Part shown: positions 48,305 to 57,926 of the stretch, one piece after another
How the letters are laid out: the number at the start of each line of letters is the position of its first letter
How positions within the stretch are numbered: the first letter of the stretch is position 1
NCBI GenBank assembly: GCA_963781155.1
Contig: CAWAEC010000001.1
Location: 14,515 to 78,514 of the forward strand
DNA from: an uncultured Acidimicrobiaceae bacterium
GTDB lineage: Bacteria > Actinomycetota > Acidimicrobiia > Acidimicrobiales > Palsa-688
DNA length: 64,000 nucleotides
Direction of reading: 5' to 3'
Program-made: the position numbers and the translations under genes
Notes under the pieces: model-generated
Told to the model about the DNA's origin: nothing
Database searches by the model: none
The model's input: the letters and a program-made list of their open reading frames with translations, nothing else

Positions 48305-50098
48305 TCACCGGAGGGCGATGCCGCTCAGTCCCGCCAGTACCGCCAACCCGAAGACGGCCCAAGTGACCTGATCTCCCACGTGCCCGCTATGGAGCCGACG
48401 TAAGCCGGTAGTGGCGACGGCTATCACCGCCCGCAGCCTGTAGTGCAGAACAATAAGCGCCCCGACGAGGATTGCTACGGCGGTCTCGGCTAGGTCCAGG
48501 AGGCGGGCGGCGAGAGTCCCGGCCGGCGCCTTGGTGATGGCCGTAGTGGTATGGCGTCCATCGAGGACGGCGCTGGCGTATCCTCTCCGGTCGGCGAAGG
48601 TGGTGGCGGTGGTGACAGCGCGATCGGCCAGGTGGGGTACCAGGCCGAGTCCAAGTGCGGCCAGGAGCAGCAGGGCGGGCACCGCCAGCAGCACCGTGGT
48701 CCCGGACCCGGTTGGGGTCTCCGCCTCTTCCTCGGCGGGCGAGAGATGATCGGTTGTCTCGCCGCGCCAGACTCGAGCGGTTGCGGCGAGGATGGCGGCG
48801 CTGGTGCCGACCACGGTGACGGCGAAGACGATCTCGATGACCGGATGGCCCGCCCCAGCGGCCGCGGCCAGAAGGTCCTTTCCCGCCGACGAGGCAAAGG
48901 GGGGCATATCCGCGAGGGCGAGCGCGCCCAGCACGACCAGGCCGGCGGCCACGGCTAGCGCCGCGCCCTGCCCGGCGAGTGGCCGCCCGCCGGTGAGACG
49001 ACGATGCCGGTGGAGGACGCCCACAGCGAGGAAAAGCGCGGCTTTGGTCAGCCCGTCGCCTGCAGCGAGCAGCGCGACTCCGCCCAGGGCGGCGCTGCGC
49101 AGCACTGAGAAGCCGAGCAAGTACAGGCCCATATGGGCCACTACGACGAAGGCCAACAGCCGCCTGAGGTGAGTCTCCACCAGCGACATGGCCGTGCCGA
49201 CCACAGCGGTGAGTATCCCAAAGGCACCAAGGATCAAGCGGATGCGGTGCTCGGCCGGCCCGCTTAGGGCGCTCGAGAACACGACCTCCCAGGTTCGGGC
49301 TAGCCCGAAGAGTCCGAGTTCGCTCAAAACCCCGGCGAAGAGCACGCAGGCCGGAGCCGGGGCGGTGCCGTAGGCGTCGGGCAGCCAGAAATGCCACGGC
49401 ACCACGGCAGCCTTGATGAGAAACCCTGAAGCAAGGAGGGCGAACGCTACGGCAACCAGGCCTCCGGCGGGGCGCGTCGCCAGGCTCTGGCCCATCTGGG
49501 CCATGTTCAAGGTCCCGGTGTGGCCGTAAAGTAGCGACAGGCCGACAAGGAACACCAGCCCGCCGAAGGTGTTGGTCACGGCGAAGTTGATTGCGCCTTG
49601 CAGGGGCGCCCCGCTTTCGGCGTAATAGCCAGTCAGCACGAACCCGACTACCGCCACCAGCTCGAAGGCGACGAACATGTTGAACAGATCGCCGGTCCAG
49701 GCGAAATCGACGCTGGCAGCGACGAAGACCAGCACCAGGGCCGGATAGCGGCCTCCGGTGGTCCCGAAGAAGCGACGGGAGTAGACCAAAGCGGCGACGG
49801 CCAGAGCTCCGGCCAGGACTGCCAGGGCGCCTCCCATCGGATCGACCACGTAGTTGACGCCGATGACCGTGCCACGGACTGGGTGCCAGCCGCTGAACCA
49901 GTAGACAATCCGGCCGTGCGCGGAGATGGCCAGCGCGACAGCTGCGAGCACGGTAGTAATCGTGGCGGCCCCGACCGCCAGGACATCGCGGGCGGCCGCG
50001 GGTAGTTGCCGGTTGGCGCCGCCGAGTAGCGCCGCGGTTGCCAATGGCACGACAATCGTGAGCGGGATGATCACGGTCGGCGCCGCGACCGTGCTCAC
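48305..50098 (-). CDS. MrpD/MnhD (NuoN/NuoM-like) proton-conducting antiporter subunit with C-terminal extension
   Basis: 597-aa polytopic protein. Overlaps the MrpC stop by 4 nt. Confidence 0.9.
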   Translation of the reverse strand: MSTVAAPTVIIPLTIVVPLATAALLGGANRQLPAAARDVLAVGAATITTVLAAVALAISAHGRIVYWFSGWHPVRGTVIGVNYVVDPMGGALAVLAGALAVAALVYSRRFFGTTGGRYPALVLVFVAASVDFAWTGDLFNMFVAFELVAVVGFVLTGYYAESGAPLQGAINFAVTNTFGGLVFLVGLSLLYGHTGTLNMAQMGQSLATRPAGGLVAVAFALLASGFLIKAAVVPWHFWLPDAYGTAPAPACVLFAGVLSELGLFGLARTWEVVFSSALSGPAEHRIRLILGAFGILTAVVGTAMSLVETHLRRLLAFVVVAHMGLYLLGFSVLRSAALGGVALLAAGDGLTKAALFLAVGVLHRHRRLTGGRPLAGQGAALAVAAGLVVLGALALADMPPFASSAGKDLLAAAAGAGHPVIEIVFAVTVVGTSAAILAATARVWRGETTDHLSPAEEEAETPTGSGTTVLLAVPALLLLAALGLGLVPHLADRAVTTATTFADRRGYASAVLDGRHTTTAITKAPAGTLAARLLDLAETAVAILVGALIVLHYRLRAVIAVATTGLRRLHSGHVGDQVTWAVFGLAVLAGLSGIALR

Positions 50099-50451
50099 CC
50101 CTTTGACGGATTCATGGTCCGTAAGTCGTCGGGATCCAGACTGCCGACACGCTTCTCGATCTGGATAGCCAAGGCCAACAGCAGCGCCGATACGGCGGCG
50201 CCGAGAACAACGTCGGTCAGAGCCAGGGCTTGCATGATGGCGTCGACGGTCGGCCCACGATGATCAGACAGACCGACGAACACCGGGGCGTGGCCGCCTT
50301 TGACGTAGCCGATCTCAAGGATGAAGACGTCCGTGGCTGACTGGGCCACCGACAGGCAGATCACCAGGTGGATGAGGTTGCGGCTGGTCACGATCCCATA
50401 CAGCCCGATGACGAAAAGCCAGATCACCACCCCGAAAGCGAGAACGCTCAT
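50095..50451 (-). CDS. MrpC/MnhC (NuoK-like) subunit
   Basis: 118 aa, 3 TM. 4-nt overlaps on both sides. Confidence 0.85.
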   Translation of the reverse strand: MSVLAFGVVIWLFVIGLYGIVTSRNLIHLVICLSVAQSATDVFILEIGYVKGGHAPVFVGLSDHRGPTVDAIMQALALTDVVLGAAVSALLLALAIQIEKRVGSLDPDDLRTMNPSKG

Positions 50452-51206
50452 CGGGAGGAGCCTCTGATGACTGCGGTCTGATCGAGGAACTCCTTGACCA
50501 AAAGCACGAAGCCGGCGGCGACCTCCACCCCGACCACGGCGTTGATGACCGGTAGGGTCCCGCCGGATATGAGATTGCCGGCCTGTCCCAGACCGATCAC
50601 GTTGGTCAGGTAAGCCGAACCGCCGATCAGGGCCACGACACCGACCACCACGTAGCCTCCGGCGCCCAGCCCCTCGGCCCCCTCGACCAGGCTGCCCGCT
50701 TCAAAGCGTTCCACTCGGGCGTAGCTGGTCGCCAGATACACCACGAACAGGGCGCTGGCGAGGACCACACCGCCCTGGAAGCCCCCACCGGGAGATATTT
50801 GGCCGTGCGTCACGGTCTCCAGGCCGACCACGACCAGGAGGGGGCTGACCACCACGGCCAGCAAGCCGACGGTGGGGCTTGGCGGCGGGATGCGACGGTC
50901 AGGGGCCTCATCCTCGGGCAACTGTCGGGTCTCGTTGGCGAGGGGCCGTAGCAGCATCGAGACGCCGGTGACGGCGGCGAACAGGATGAATTCCTCGAAG
51001 AGGGTATCGATTCCCCGGTAGTCGAAGCTCACCGCTGAAACCACATCGGTGGCGTGGCGCTGCGGTACCGACAGGGCGTTGAGGATCCGGGCGTACGCCG
51101 AAACCGGCGCCCCGAACGGTCGTAGGCCGGCGAACCCAACGACCAACGCAACCGACAGCCCGGCCGCAGCAACCGCGAACAACATCAGCCGGGTGCGCCG
51201 GGTCAC
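50448..51206 (-). CDS. MnhB-domain subunit
   Basis: VSAVSFDYRGIDTLFEEFILFAAV motif. Confidence 0.85.
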   Translation of the reverse strand: MTRRTRLMLFAVAAAGLSVALVVGFAGLRPFGAPVSAYARILNALSVPQRHATDVVSAVSFDYRGIDTLFEEFILFAAVTGVSMLLRPLANETRQLPEDEAPDRRIPPPSPTVGLLAVVVSPLLVVVGLETVTHGQISPGGGFQGGVVLASALFVVYLATSYARVERFEAGSLVEGAEGLGAGGYVVVGVVALIGGSAYLTNVIGLGQAGNLISGGTLPVINAVVGVEVAAGFVLLVKEFLDQTAVIRGSSR

Positions 51207-51445
51207 CGGTGCTGCCTTCTAACCTTGGCCAGGCTGAGCAGCACGATCAACGGGAGAGCAACGGCTCCCACCACCAGCTGGGACAGGGCCACGTCGCCCG
51301 CCTGCATCGTCAAGTACAGGGTAGCCAGGCACAGCCCAAAAAAGCCGGCCACGAAGGCCTGGCGCAGCGGGTCGCGAGTGAGCACTACTGCGGTGCCCGA
51401 CGCCCCAGCCCACAGCAGCGCCGCCACAATCAATGTGTTCGTCAC
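51203..51445 (-). CDS. DUF4040 / MbhD-like small subunit
   Basis: 80 aa, 3 TM. 4-nt overlaps with neighbours. Confidence 0.75.
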   Translation of the reverse strand: MTNTLIVAALLWAGASGTAVVLTRDPLRQAFVAGFFGLCLATLYLTMQAGDVALSQLVVGAVALPLIVLLSLAKVRRQHR

Positions 51446-51762
51446 CGACTCTGTCCCTCGGGCCGCTCCGAGCCGGCCGTCTCGTCGTGGCGGCGGACCG
51501 CGATCGAGCGGGCGCAGGCGTGGCTCACCAGCGGGCTGCTCGCGGCGATCACCGCGGCAAGCAGGATGGCAGCCGTGCCCGAGGCGTTCAACCCGTCACG
51601 AACGACCACCGCGGCGCAGGTAGCAGCCACGCCGAGCGTCGACGCCGGCGTCACGACATGAAGCCGGTCGATGGGATCGGTCAGCGACGCCATAGCCAAA
51701 CACGACAAACAAACCACCCCCAAACCCATCACAAGAAGAACCACAGAAACGATGTCGCGCAC
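51442..51762 (-). CDS. MrpG/MnhG subunit
   Basis: DPIDRLHVVTPASTLG resembles the MnhG RLHA motif. GTG 51762 lies 7 nt after the MnhF stop. Confidence 0.75.
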   Translation of the reverse strand: MRDIVSVVLLVMGLGVVCLSCLAMASLTDPIDRLHVVTPASTLGVAATCAAVVVRDGLNASGTAAILLAAVIAASSPLVSHACARSIAVRRHDETAGSERPEGQSR

Positions 51763-51769
51763 CGGGGGA

Positions 51770-52021
51770 CTACACCCATCGTTCCAGGAACCGGGCAAAA
51801 AGCAGGGAACCTCCAGTCGACACCACGGCCAGCACCGCCCCAAGCGAGGCGAGCGCCGGCTCGGCGAAGGCCACCGCCAGTAGCAGAAGAATCAAAGCTT
51901 GGACGGTACCGGTAAGCCCCAGCGCAACCAGTCGGTCCTCCGGAGTGCCTCGCCAGCACACCCAGGCGCACGGCCCGAGGGCGGCCATGAGCACCAGCAC
52001 GGCGACCGCAAATGCCGTCAC
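51770..52021 (-). CDS. MrpF/MnhF subunit
   Basis: 83 aa. PEDRLVALGLTG pattern. Confidence 0.8.
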   Translation of the reverse strand: MTAFAVAVLVLMAALGPCAWVCWRGTPEDRLVALGLTGTVQALILLLLAVAFAEPALASLGAVLAVVSTGGSLLFARFLERWV

Positions 52022-52578
52022 GGCGCAGACCCCGACGGCCGGGCCACGAAGTCATGGACCGTAGCCACACCGCTGTCCGCGTCGATGTCCACCACGATCG
52101 TGTCGGGCGTGACGGAAAGCAAGGCACCCACCACGGCGCTGCGGCGAGCGGCATTCCAACCCCCGCCCCCCACGTCAGTGGCTACCGTCCGGAACCCGCC
52201 AGGAGGGCCGAGGCCTCGGGCCCGGCGCCAAGCCACTCGATAGACCCCGATGGTCTGGCGACACAGCGCCGGGCCTAGGCGAACCACCTCCACCAGATCG
52301 CCTCGGCGTAACTGTGGCACCGCCCGGCCACGAACGGTCACGAACCAACCGACAGCTACTCCCACCCCTGCGGCGACGAGACCGGCCAGGTTGTCCTGCA
52401 GATCGGCCTGGCCGACCAGCGCAATCCACACCCCGAATAAGACACCGAACGCCGCCAGCCCGGCGCCGAGCAGGTAGATCCCAGACGGACGATCACTCCG
52501 GTCTTCGCCGATCGCGCCGGTCACCGGCAGAACCGAACCGTTTCGAGGGCGCCCCAGTTTATGGGAGGACCCCCCCAC
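52018..52578 (-). CDS. MrpE/MnhE-like subunit
   Basis: C-terminal ALLSVTPDTIVVDIDADSGVATVHDF matches the MnhE LTPGT...VH pattern. Start is uncertain. Confidence 0.7.
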   Translation of the reverse strand: MGGSSHKLGRPRNGSVLPVTGAIGEDRSDRPSGIYLLGAGLAAFGVLFGVWIALVGQADLQDNLAGLVAAGVGVAVGWFVTVRGRAVPQLRRGDLVEVVRLGPALCRQTIGVYRVAWRRARGLGPPGGFRTVATDVGGGGWNAARRSAVVGALLSVTPDTIVVDIDADSGVATVHDFVARPSGSAP

Positions 52579-52626
52579 GGCAGGTCGGTCGGCATTCGAA
52601 GCCGGCGGCGGAGATCCAAGAAGAGA

Positions 52627-52788
52627 TCAGTAATAGTGGCGCCGACCGCCAACGGCGCGCCCGGTAGCTCCGAGCAACTCGAATATCAGTCCGACAACGA
52701 GAACGATGATCCCGATCGACCAGAGGATCGGTATGGCCAGGATAAATCCCAGTACCAATAAAACAATCCCCACGATAATCATTAGCAT
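52627..52788 (-). CDS. small hydrophobic protein ending GRRHYY
   Basis: MLMIIVGIVLLVLGFILAIPILWSIGIIVLVVGLIFELLGATGRAVGGRRHYY. AAGGAG abuts the first ATG, so the second ATG at 52782 is also possible. Confidence 0.7.
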   Translation of the reverse strand: MLMIIVGIVLLVLGFILAIPILWSIGIIVLVVGLIFELLGATGRAVGGRRHYY

Positions 52789-53027
52789 CTCCTTTGCAGC
52801 ACAAATTGATTGAATGCCGGACCGGTTCCTGCCGAATAGTGATACCCCGGAACAGTCGCTGCCTGATCGAACGCCCCACGAAAGGTCGAACCACTGTCTT
52901 GGCCCCATGGGCCCGCCGATCGTCTGACGGCTTATCCAAAGGGGATACTTCCTATGCGCTGCTGCGGCGGGCTGGAACACGAGCGCGACTGGCTGACAGC
53001 GTCGCATAGTCCTCTACCGCCCCTCTG

Positions 53028-53309
53028 CTAGTACATCGAGTCTCGGCGTTCTTCGACGATGGTGCCGTCCGAGCTGCGATACCTGGTTCGGCTGCGGCCC
53101 CGACCACCGAACCCGCCCCAAGAGGACCAGAAGATGAGTGATACAACGAATCCGACCGCGCCCACCACCATCAAGATCACCCCAACGGTGTGAAGGTTAA
53201 ACGTCGAAGCGTGCACCGTCGCTGAGCGCACGGTGGTGGCGAACCGCAGAATGGCACCAACAGCGAAAACCACGATGCTCGTAGCCACACCCATAACCAG
53301 TCCCTCCAT
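53028..53309 (-). CDS. DUF6458-like small membrane protein
   Basis: Two TM helices (IVVFAVGAILRFA, VGVILMVVGAVGFVVSLIFW) and a Gly/Arg tail. Confidence 0.7.
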   Translation of the reverse strand: MEGLVMGVATSIVVFAVGAILRFATTVRSATVHASTFNLHTVGVILMVVGAVGFVVSLIFWSSWGGFGGRGRSRTRYRSSDGTIVEERRDSMY

Positions 53310-53609
53310 CTCGACAGGTGGTTCACCCGCATGATGTCGGTCTCTACCCGGTTTGCGAGCCGGGTAACCATGTCCGCGCCGACAGCCCGACCACACTCTT
53401 GCCGTCGGGAGGCGACTCCGTGGTGCAACGACTCCGAGGGCCGGCTGGCGCAACCCCGGTCGCGCTCTCCAGGAATGTTCGGGTCGACCCCGGCGAAACT
53501 CCTAAAACAAGTGGACAGCCCCAGTTACCCCAGGCTCACGGCGCCGTTTCAGCTCGTTCGATGTCGGGTACTGAGACGAAGTAGGGCAGTTCGACTGGGG
53601 AGGAAACAT

Positions 53610-54203
53610 ATGCCAGCATGGGGATGGGTTCTGCTCGGAATAGCAATCTTGGTTGCGGTTGTCTTGGGCGTGCTTCTGGTCGCGGCCAACCGGCGGACGG
53701 CCGCATTGCGAAGCCGCTTCGGACCTGAGTACGACCGGACGGTGGCCGCCACGGGCCATAAGCGCGACGCCGAAGCGGAACTAGAAGAACGCCAAGATCG
53801 ACATAACCAATTCCCGATCCGAGCCCTCAACCCCGTCGCTCGCCAGCGCTACCAAGGCGACTGGCGAACGCTACAGTCACAATTCGTCGACGACCCCACC
53901 GGAGCGGTGGTGGGAGCAGACCGGCTCATCCAATTGGTCATGCGCGAGCGCGGCTACCCCGTTGAAGACTTTGATCAGCGCGCCGAAGACTTGTCAGTCG
54001 ACCATCCCGACGTCGTCGAGAACTACCGACAAGGACACCGGTTGGCTACCGCCAGCTACCACCGCGACGACACCTCGACCGAAGGCCTGCGCCAGGCCAT
54101 GTGGCACTACCGGGCGCTCTTCGAGGAGCTCGTCGAGCCTACCGAACCCGGCGACGGCTCGACCGACTCCCAGCAGAGCAGTTTCGAGGACAGGAGCGTG
54201 TGA
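53610..54203 (+). CDS. membrane-anchored hypothetical protein
   Basis: GGGGAGGAAAC upstream of ATG 53610. N-terminal TM, then a helical domain shared with the next gene. Confidence 0.7.
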   Translation: MPAWGWVLLGIAILVAVVLGVLLVAANRRTAALRSRFGPEYDRTVAATGHKRDAEAELEERQDRHNQFPIRALNPVARQRYQGDWRTLQSQFVDDPTGAVVGADRLIQLVMRERGYPVEDFDQRAEDLSVDHPDVVENYRQGHRLATASYHRDDTSTEGLRQAMWHYRALFEELVEPTEPGDGSTDSQQSSFEDRSV

Positions 54204-54739
54204 TGGAAAGAGGCGAAGCGACCGTCGACAACGACCTCACCCAGATCCCAACGCGAAATGAAACCGAAAAGTCTAACGTCGGGACAGGGCACCAGCCCGC
54301 TGGTGAGGCTGAGTCCACTCCGGCTATCGCCGCTCCGTCCCGGCCACAGCCCGAGGCTGCCTCTTCCTTTTCCTCCGCAGCAGGCCCCGCGCCTGGTCGA
54401 GATCCGGTGTCCGCAGTCGATCCCGACGGGGCCGCCCCAGCCGGTCAACAGGGTGATCGTGATGCGGCCGAAGACTTGCTGCTCCCCGCGGACCAGAGGC
54501 AACTGTTTACCGCCCAATGGTCTGACATCCAGGCCCACTTTGTCGATCAACCCCGCCAAGCGGTGAAGCAGGCCGATGGGTTGGTCGTCGACATCATGCA
54601 GCGGGTTACCGCCGGCTTCTCACATGAGCGAGAGCGTTTGGAAGCGCAATGGGAACAGGGAGACGATGTTTCGACCGAAGACCTTCGGGTGGCTTTGACC
54701 AGGTACCGATCATTCTTCGATCGACTGATCTCGACGTGA
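54203..54739 (+). CDS. hypothetical protein, paralog of the C-terminal domain of the preceding gene
   Basis: TGATG overlap. Shared pattern W..(L/I)Q..FVD.P..AV..AD.L......TE.LR.A...YR..F..L. Confidence 0.7.
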   Translation: MERGEATVDNDLTQIPTRNETEKSNVGTGHQPAGEAESTPAIAAPSRPQPEAASSFSSAAGPAPGRDPVSAVDPDGAAPAGQQGDRDAAEDLLLPADQRQLFTAQWSDIQAHFVDQPRQAVKQADGLVVDIMQRVTAGFSHERERLEAQWEQGDDVSTEDLRVALTRYRSFFDRLIST

Positions 54740-54995
54740 CGGTCCGACTGGCTTGGATCACTCAAACTACTTGAGATTCCGTGCAGTAGACGGCTGACCC
54801 CCGAGCGATCATGGACCGGGCCCGAGACGCCGTCCACGGCGCAACTAACTGAACGCGCTGAAAGACGCCACGTGCTCATCGGCATCTTGAGCGCGGCGGC
54901 CTTGGGTCTGATAGCGACACCGTTCGCTCTGACGCGCTGTCAGCCCCAGGAGTATGCCGCACCGGCCGATCTGCCGGAAATTGATGGAAGGTTGA

Positions 54996-56024
54996 TCACC
55001 GAGACGGCGGCTGTCGCTTCCGCCGCAGCTGTCGGAGCCCCGCTATTGCCGGGAGCACCGCGAACCACAGGTTGAACAATCGGTAGGCAGCCACCGCAAG
55101 AATGGCCGTGGCCAGGGGGTAGCCGACCCAGCTGAGCGCGAAGGGCAGGAGGGCTTCCACGGCGCCCGCCCCGGCTAGCGGCAGGCTCCGGCGGGTCAAG
55201 GTATAACCGGTGGCGTACCCGACCACGAGGGCGGGACCGCCGGGGTGGCCATGGGTGAACACGGCCATGCAGGCGGCGAGGACACCAACGTCCGTGGCCC
55301 AGTAGACCGACATGCCCACCAGCGCCAGAGGACCCGCTGGCCGGGAGCGCACGATCGAAAGCGTTCGGTCGATGGCGTCCAGAGGATGCCGGACGGCGGA
55401 CCACCAGGTGTCCGGGCAGCCGGCCCGGCGATAACACAGTAGCAACCCGATGACGACGACCGAACCGACGGGCACACCGACAACCCACGTAGGCAACAGT
55501 CCAGCCTGGGCATGCCAGTGGCCACGAAGCAAGTAGAGCGCGCACGCGAACGTGACCGGCGCCAGAACTGCGTACTCAAGCAGGCCCAGGGCCAGGACCC
55601 GGCGCCCGGCGTCCCGTTTGGTCAGGCCCGCATCGCGAAACCCGCTGGCGTCGAGGGTGAACCCGCTTCGGGGGCTGAACGGACCGAAGCCTGTCGCGAC
55701 CATGGCCACCGCTTCTTCGGCGTCCAGACCCGAACCCCGGTCAACCCGGGCCACCTCCCGGTAGGGGAGGCTGTACCCGAGGTGGCTGACGATTACCGCC
55801 ACCGGTGCCACCATCAGCCACGGCCAGTCAGGCTGCAGCAGCCCGTGCCAGAGGTTCGACCAACCCGCCACCCAGGTAACCCCCAGGAGCGCCGCGAACG
55901 ACGCGGCCGCACTCACGATCAGCGTCCCCGAGATGTACCAACCGCCGAGCCGATGGTGGTCGGTCCGCAGCCAAGTTTCCCAGTACGACACCCCGTTCCG
56001 GGCGTCGCTCGTTGGCGTTGACAT
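54996..56024 (-). CDS. lysylphosphatidylglycerol-synthase-TM-region-like (flippase-like) membrane protein
   Basis: Polytopic. GYATGYTLTRRSLPLAGAGAVEALLPFAL pattern. Confidence 0.75.
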   Translation of the reverse strand: MSTPTSDARNGVSYWETWLRTDHHRLGGWYISGTLIVSAAASFAALLGVTWVAGWSNLWHGLLQPDWPWLMVAPVAVIVSHLGYSLPYREVARVDRGSGLDAEEAVAMVATGFGPFSPRSGFTLDASGFRDAGLTKRDAGRRVLALGLLEYAVLAPVTFACALYLLRGHWHAQAGLLPTWVVGVPVGSVVVIGLLLCYRRAGCPDTWWSAVRHPLDAIDRTLSIVRSRPAGPLALVGMSVYWATDVGVLAACMAVFTHGHPGGPALVVGYATGYTLTRRSLPLAGAGAVEALLPFALSWVGYPLATAILAVAAYRLFNLWFAVLPAIAGLRQLRRKRQPPSR

Positions 56025-56575
56025 CCGACGACATCTCTACCCGGAAACAGGACGTCCTGACGCTCCGCGCCCGGGCCTACAACGCCGGCGACGGCCTGAC
56101 GACCGAGCGGTGAGTGCCCGGCCAGGATGCCGACACCGGCCCCACTGGTTGTCCGGATGGTCATCCAGGCTGTCGTGATGGGACCGACACAGCTGTGCGC
56201 CATCGGGTGAGCTTGCTCTCGAAGCTGCCGTGCGCGGTACAGCTAATCGCTCTGGTCGGCGGAGTTCCCATAGCATGGACGGGGCGCCCGGCATCCTTCC
56301 GCAACGAGTCGGTTCGCGACCACAATCAGCACGGGCGGCAGGAACAGCGGCCAGATGCCTACGCCAATGGGTACCGCCAGGGGGACTCCCTTGCCTGCTT
56401 GATTTCACAGTCCGGGCGGGCCCTGGTCAACCTGGCCGAGGCGCTCAACCGGCGACGGAACCGCGCCCGCAATCACACGATCTCCGTTTCACCGATAGGG
56501 ACCAAGGCGCCCTCGACCGCACCCTGGAGCTGGCCTGAGTCTCCCCCCTGTTCGAGCCGGTCCCCCGGGGGGCTG

Positions 56576-56971
56576 TCAGGCCTGGCACCGAAACCAGACG
56601 GTCTTGCCAGCTGGCCCAGGGTCAGTGCCCCAAGCCTCCGAGAGGGCCGCCACGATGCGGAGACCTCGGCCCGACTCGGACGGAAGGACCCCGTCAGCGA
56701 CCACCGGAACCTGCTGCCCGGCGTCGAAGACCTCGATCTGAACCCGGCCGTGGAGGTCGTGGACAAGCAAGTCGATCGGGGTGCCGGCATGCACGACGGC
56801 GTTGGTTACCAACTCACTGGTCAGTAGCACGACGACGTCGATGGCTGCTGGTCGGGCGATCTCCGATAAGACCTCTTCTACAATCCCCCGGGCCACGGCC
56901 ACGCTGGCCGGCTCGGGGGGCAGTCGGACGCTCGCGACCATGTCGTCCCGTCCAGTCGACTCCTGGGTCAC
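56576..56971 (-). CDS. RsbW-type anti-sigma factor / Ser-protein kinase (HATPase_c_2)
   Basis: LLTSELVTNAVVHA ... ESGRGLRIVAALSEAWG. Confidence 0.85.
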   Translation of the reverse strand: MTQESTGRDDMVASVRLPPEPASVAVARGIVEEVLSEIARPAAIDVVVLLTSELVTNAVVHAGTPIDLLVHDLHGRVQIEVFDAGQQVPVVADGVLPSESGRGLRIVAALSEAWGTDPGPAGKTVWFRCQA

Positions 56972-57926
56972 GTCAGAGGCCTCCCTCTAGCTCCGCTTGT
57001 ATTCGGGCGCCTGCCGGCTAGAGAAAACCGTTGACCAACCCAAGGTCCGGAGGTAAGACAGCGCCGAAAAGGAGCTTACCCTTTCGCAGGCATCCTTAAA
57101 CCCTCATCTCCGGAGTCCTTTTCGACGGTTCCGACGTGGCCGCGGCGCGACGGTGGCCCTTGAACTTGTGCGCCGTAGCCCTCGACGAAGTCCTCGTCAC
57201 TGGATCATCGGGCGACTCACGTTCGACGGCGTGGCGAAGAGCGGCCACCCCCCTGCAACCAGCGACGACGAGGGCCGGCCCGTGGATAGCGGTGCGGTAA
57301 CTGCGTCCGACGATCAGGCAGACCTGCCCTCGAATCCATCGAGGACCACCGCATCATCAGATGGGGGCTGTCGAAATTGGCCGGCTTCGGCCCCCACGGC
57401 GTTTCCGCCAGCAAGTGACCGTCCTTATGGACGTGGGACGCGGTCACGTCGACGAGACGGGGAAGGACGTCTTGCCTGCGGTCAGGGCCGTCCCGGGCCG
57501 CAAGAAGCTGTCCGAGGTCGGGACGTCGTGGTCTCGGCCAAAACGGGCGCCACAGCACCCCCCTCCTCGCTCGCCTGAAACTCCTACCGGTCAATCGTCT
57601 TGCTGGAACGATCGTGGGCGTCTTTGACAAAGCCCGCGAAGCGTGGACAGCTAGTGTGCAATAACCGTACGGACTCTCCGGCGATCCGGGTGCAATGACA
57701 AAGATGCCGAATCGTCATAGTGCGTCAGCCCCTCGGGCGTCTGGGGCGTCGATGCGAGCAAGCAACAAAATGAGCGGCGCCACGGACTCTTTCCTCGACA
57801 AACCAGGACTGCCGGCCGGGGTGTGCCGAAAGGTTGTGTCGGTCCCCGATTGCTGTCGCCTCGGCGCTTATTCGAGTGACCGCGGGCAGATGGCGGTCGG
57901 GAGCGGGCGGCGGGGACAGAAGGGCT

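Noticed and set aside
48078-48362. 94-aa ORF overlapping the MrpD stop, and another frame reading CYTAKDIKAAKTRASHF...
   Set aside because: There is no start codon with an RBS and no recognisable domain. It could be a remnant, but the evidence is insufficient.
56051-56062. Perfect palindrome AGGACGTCCT upstream of the flippase-like gene
   Set aside because: It is a single occurrence of a 10-bp GC-rich palindrome, which is plausible by chance.
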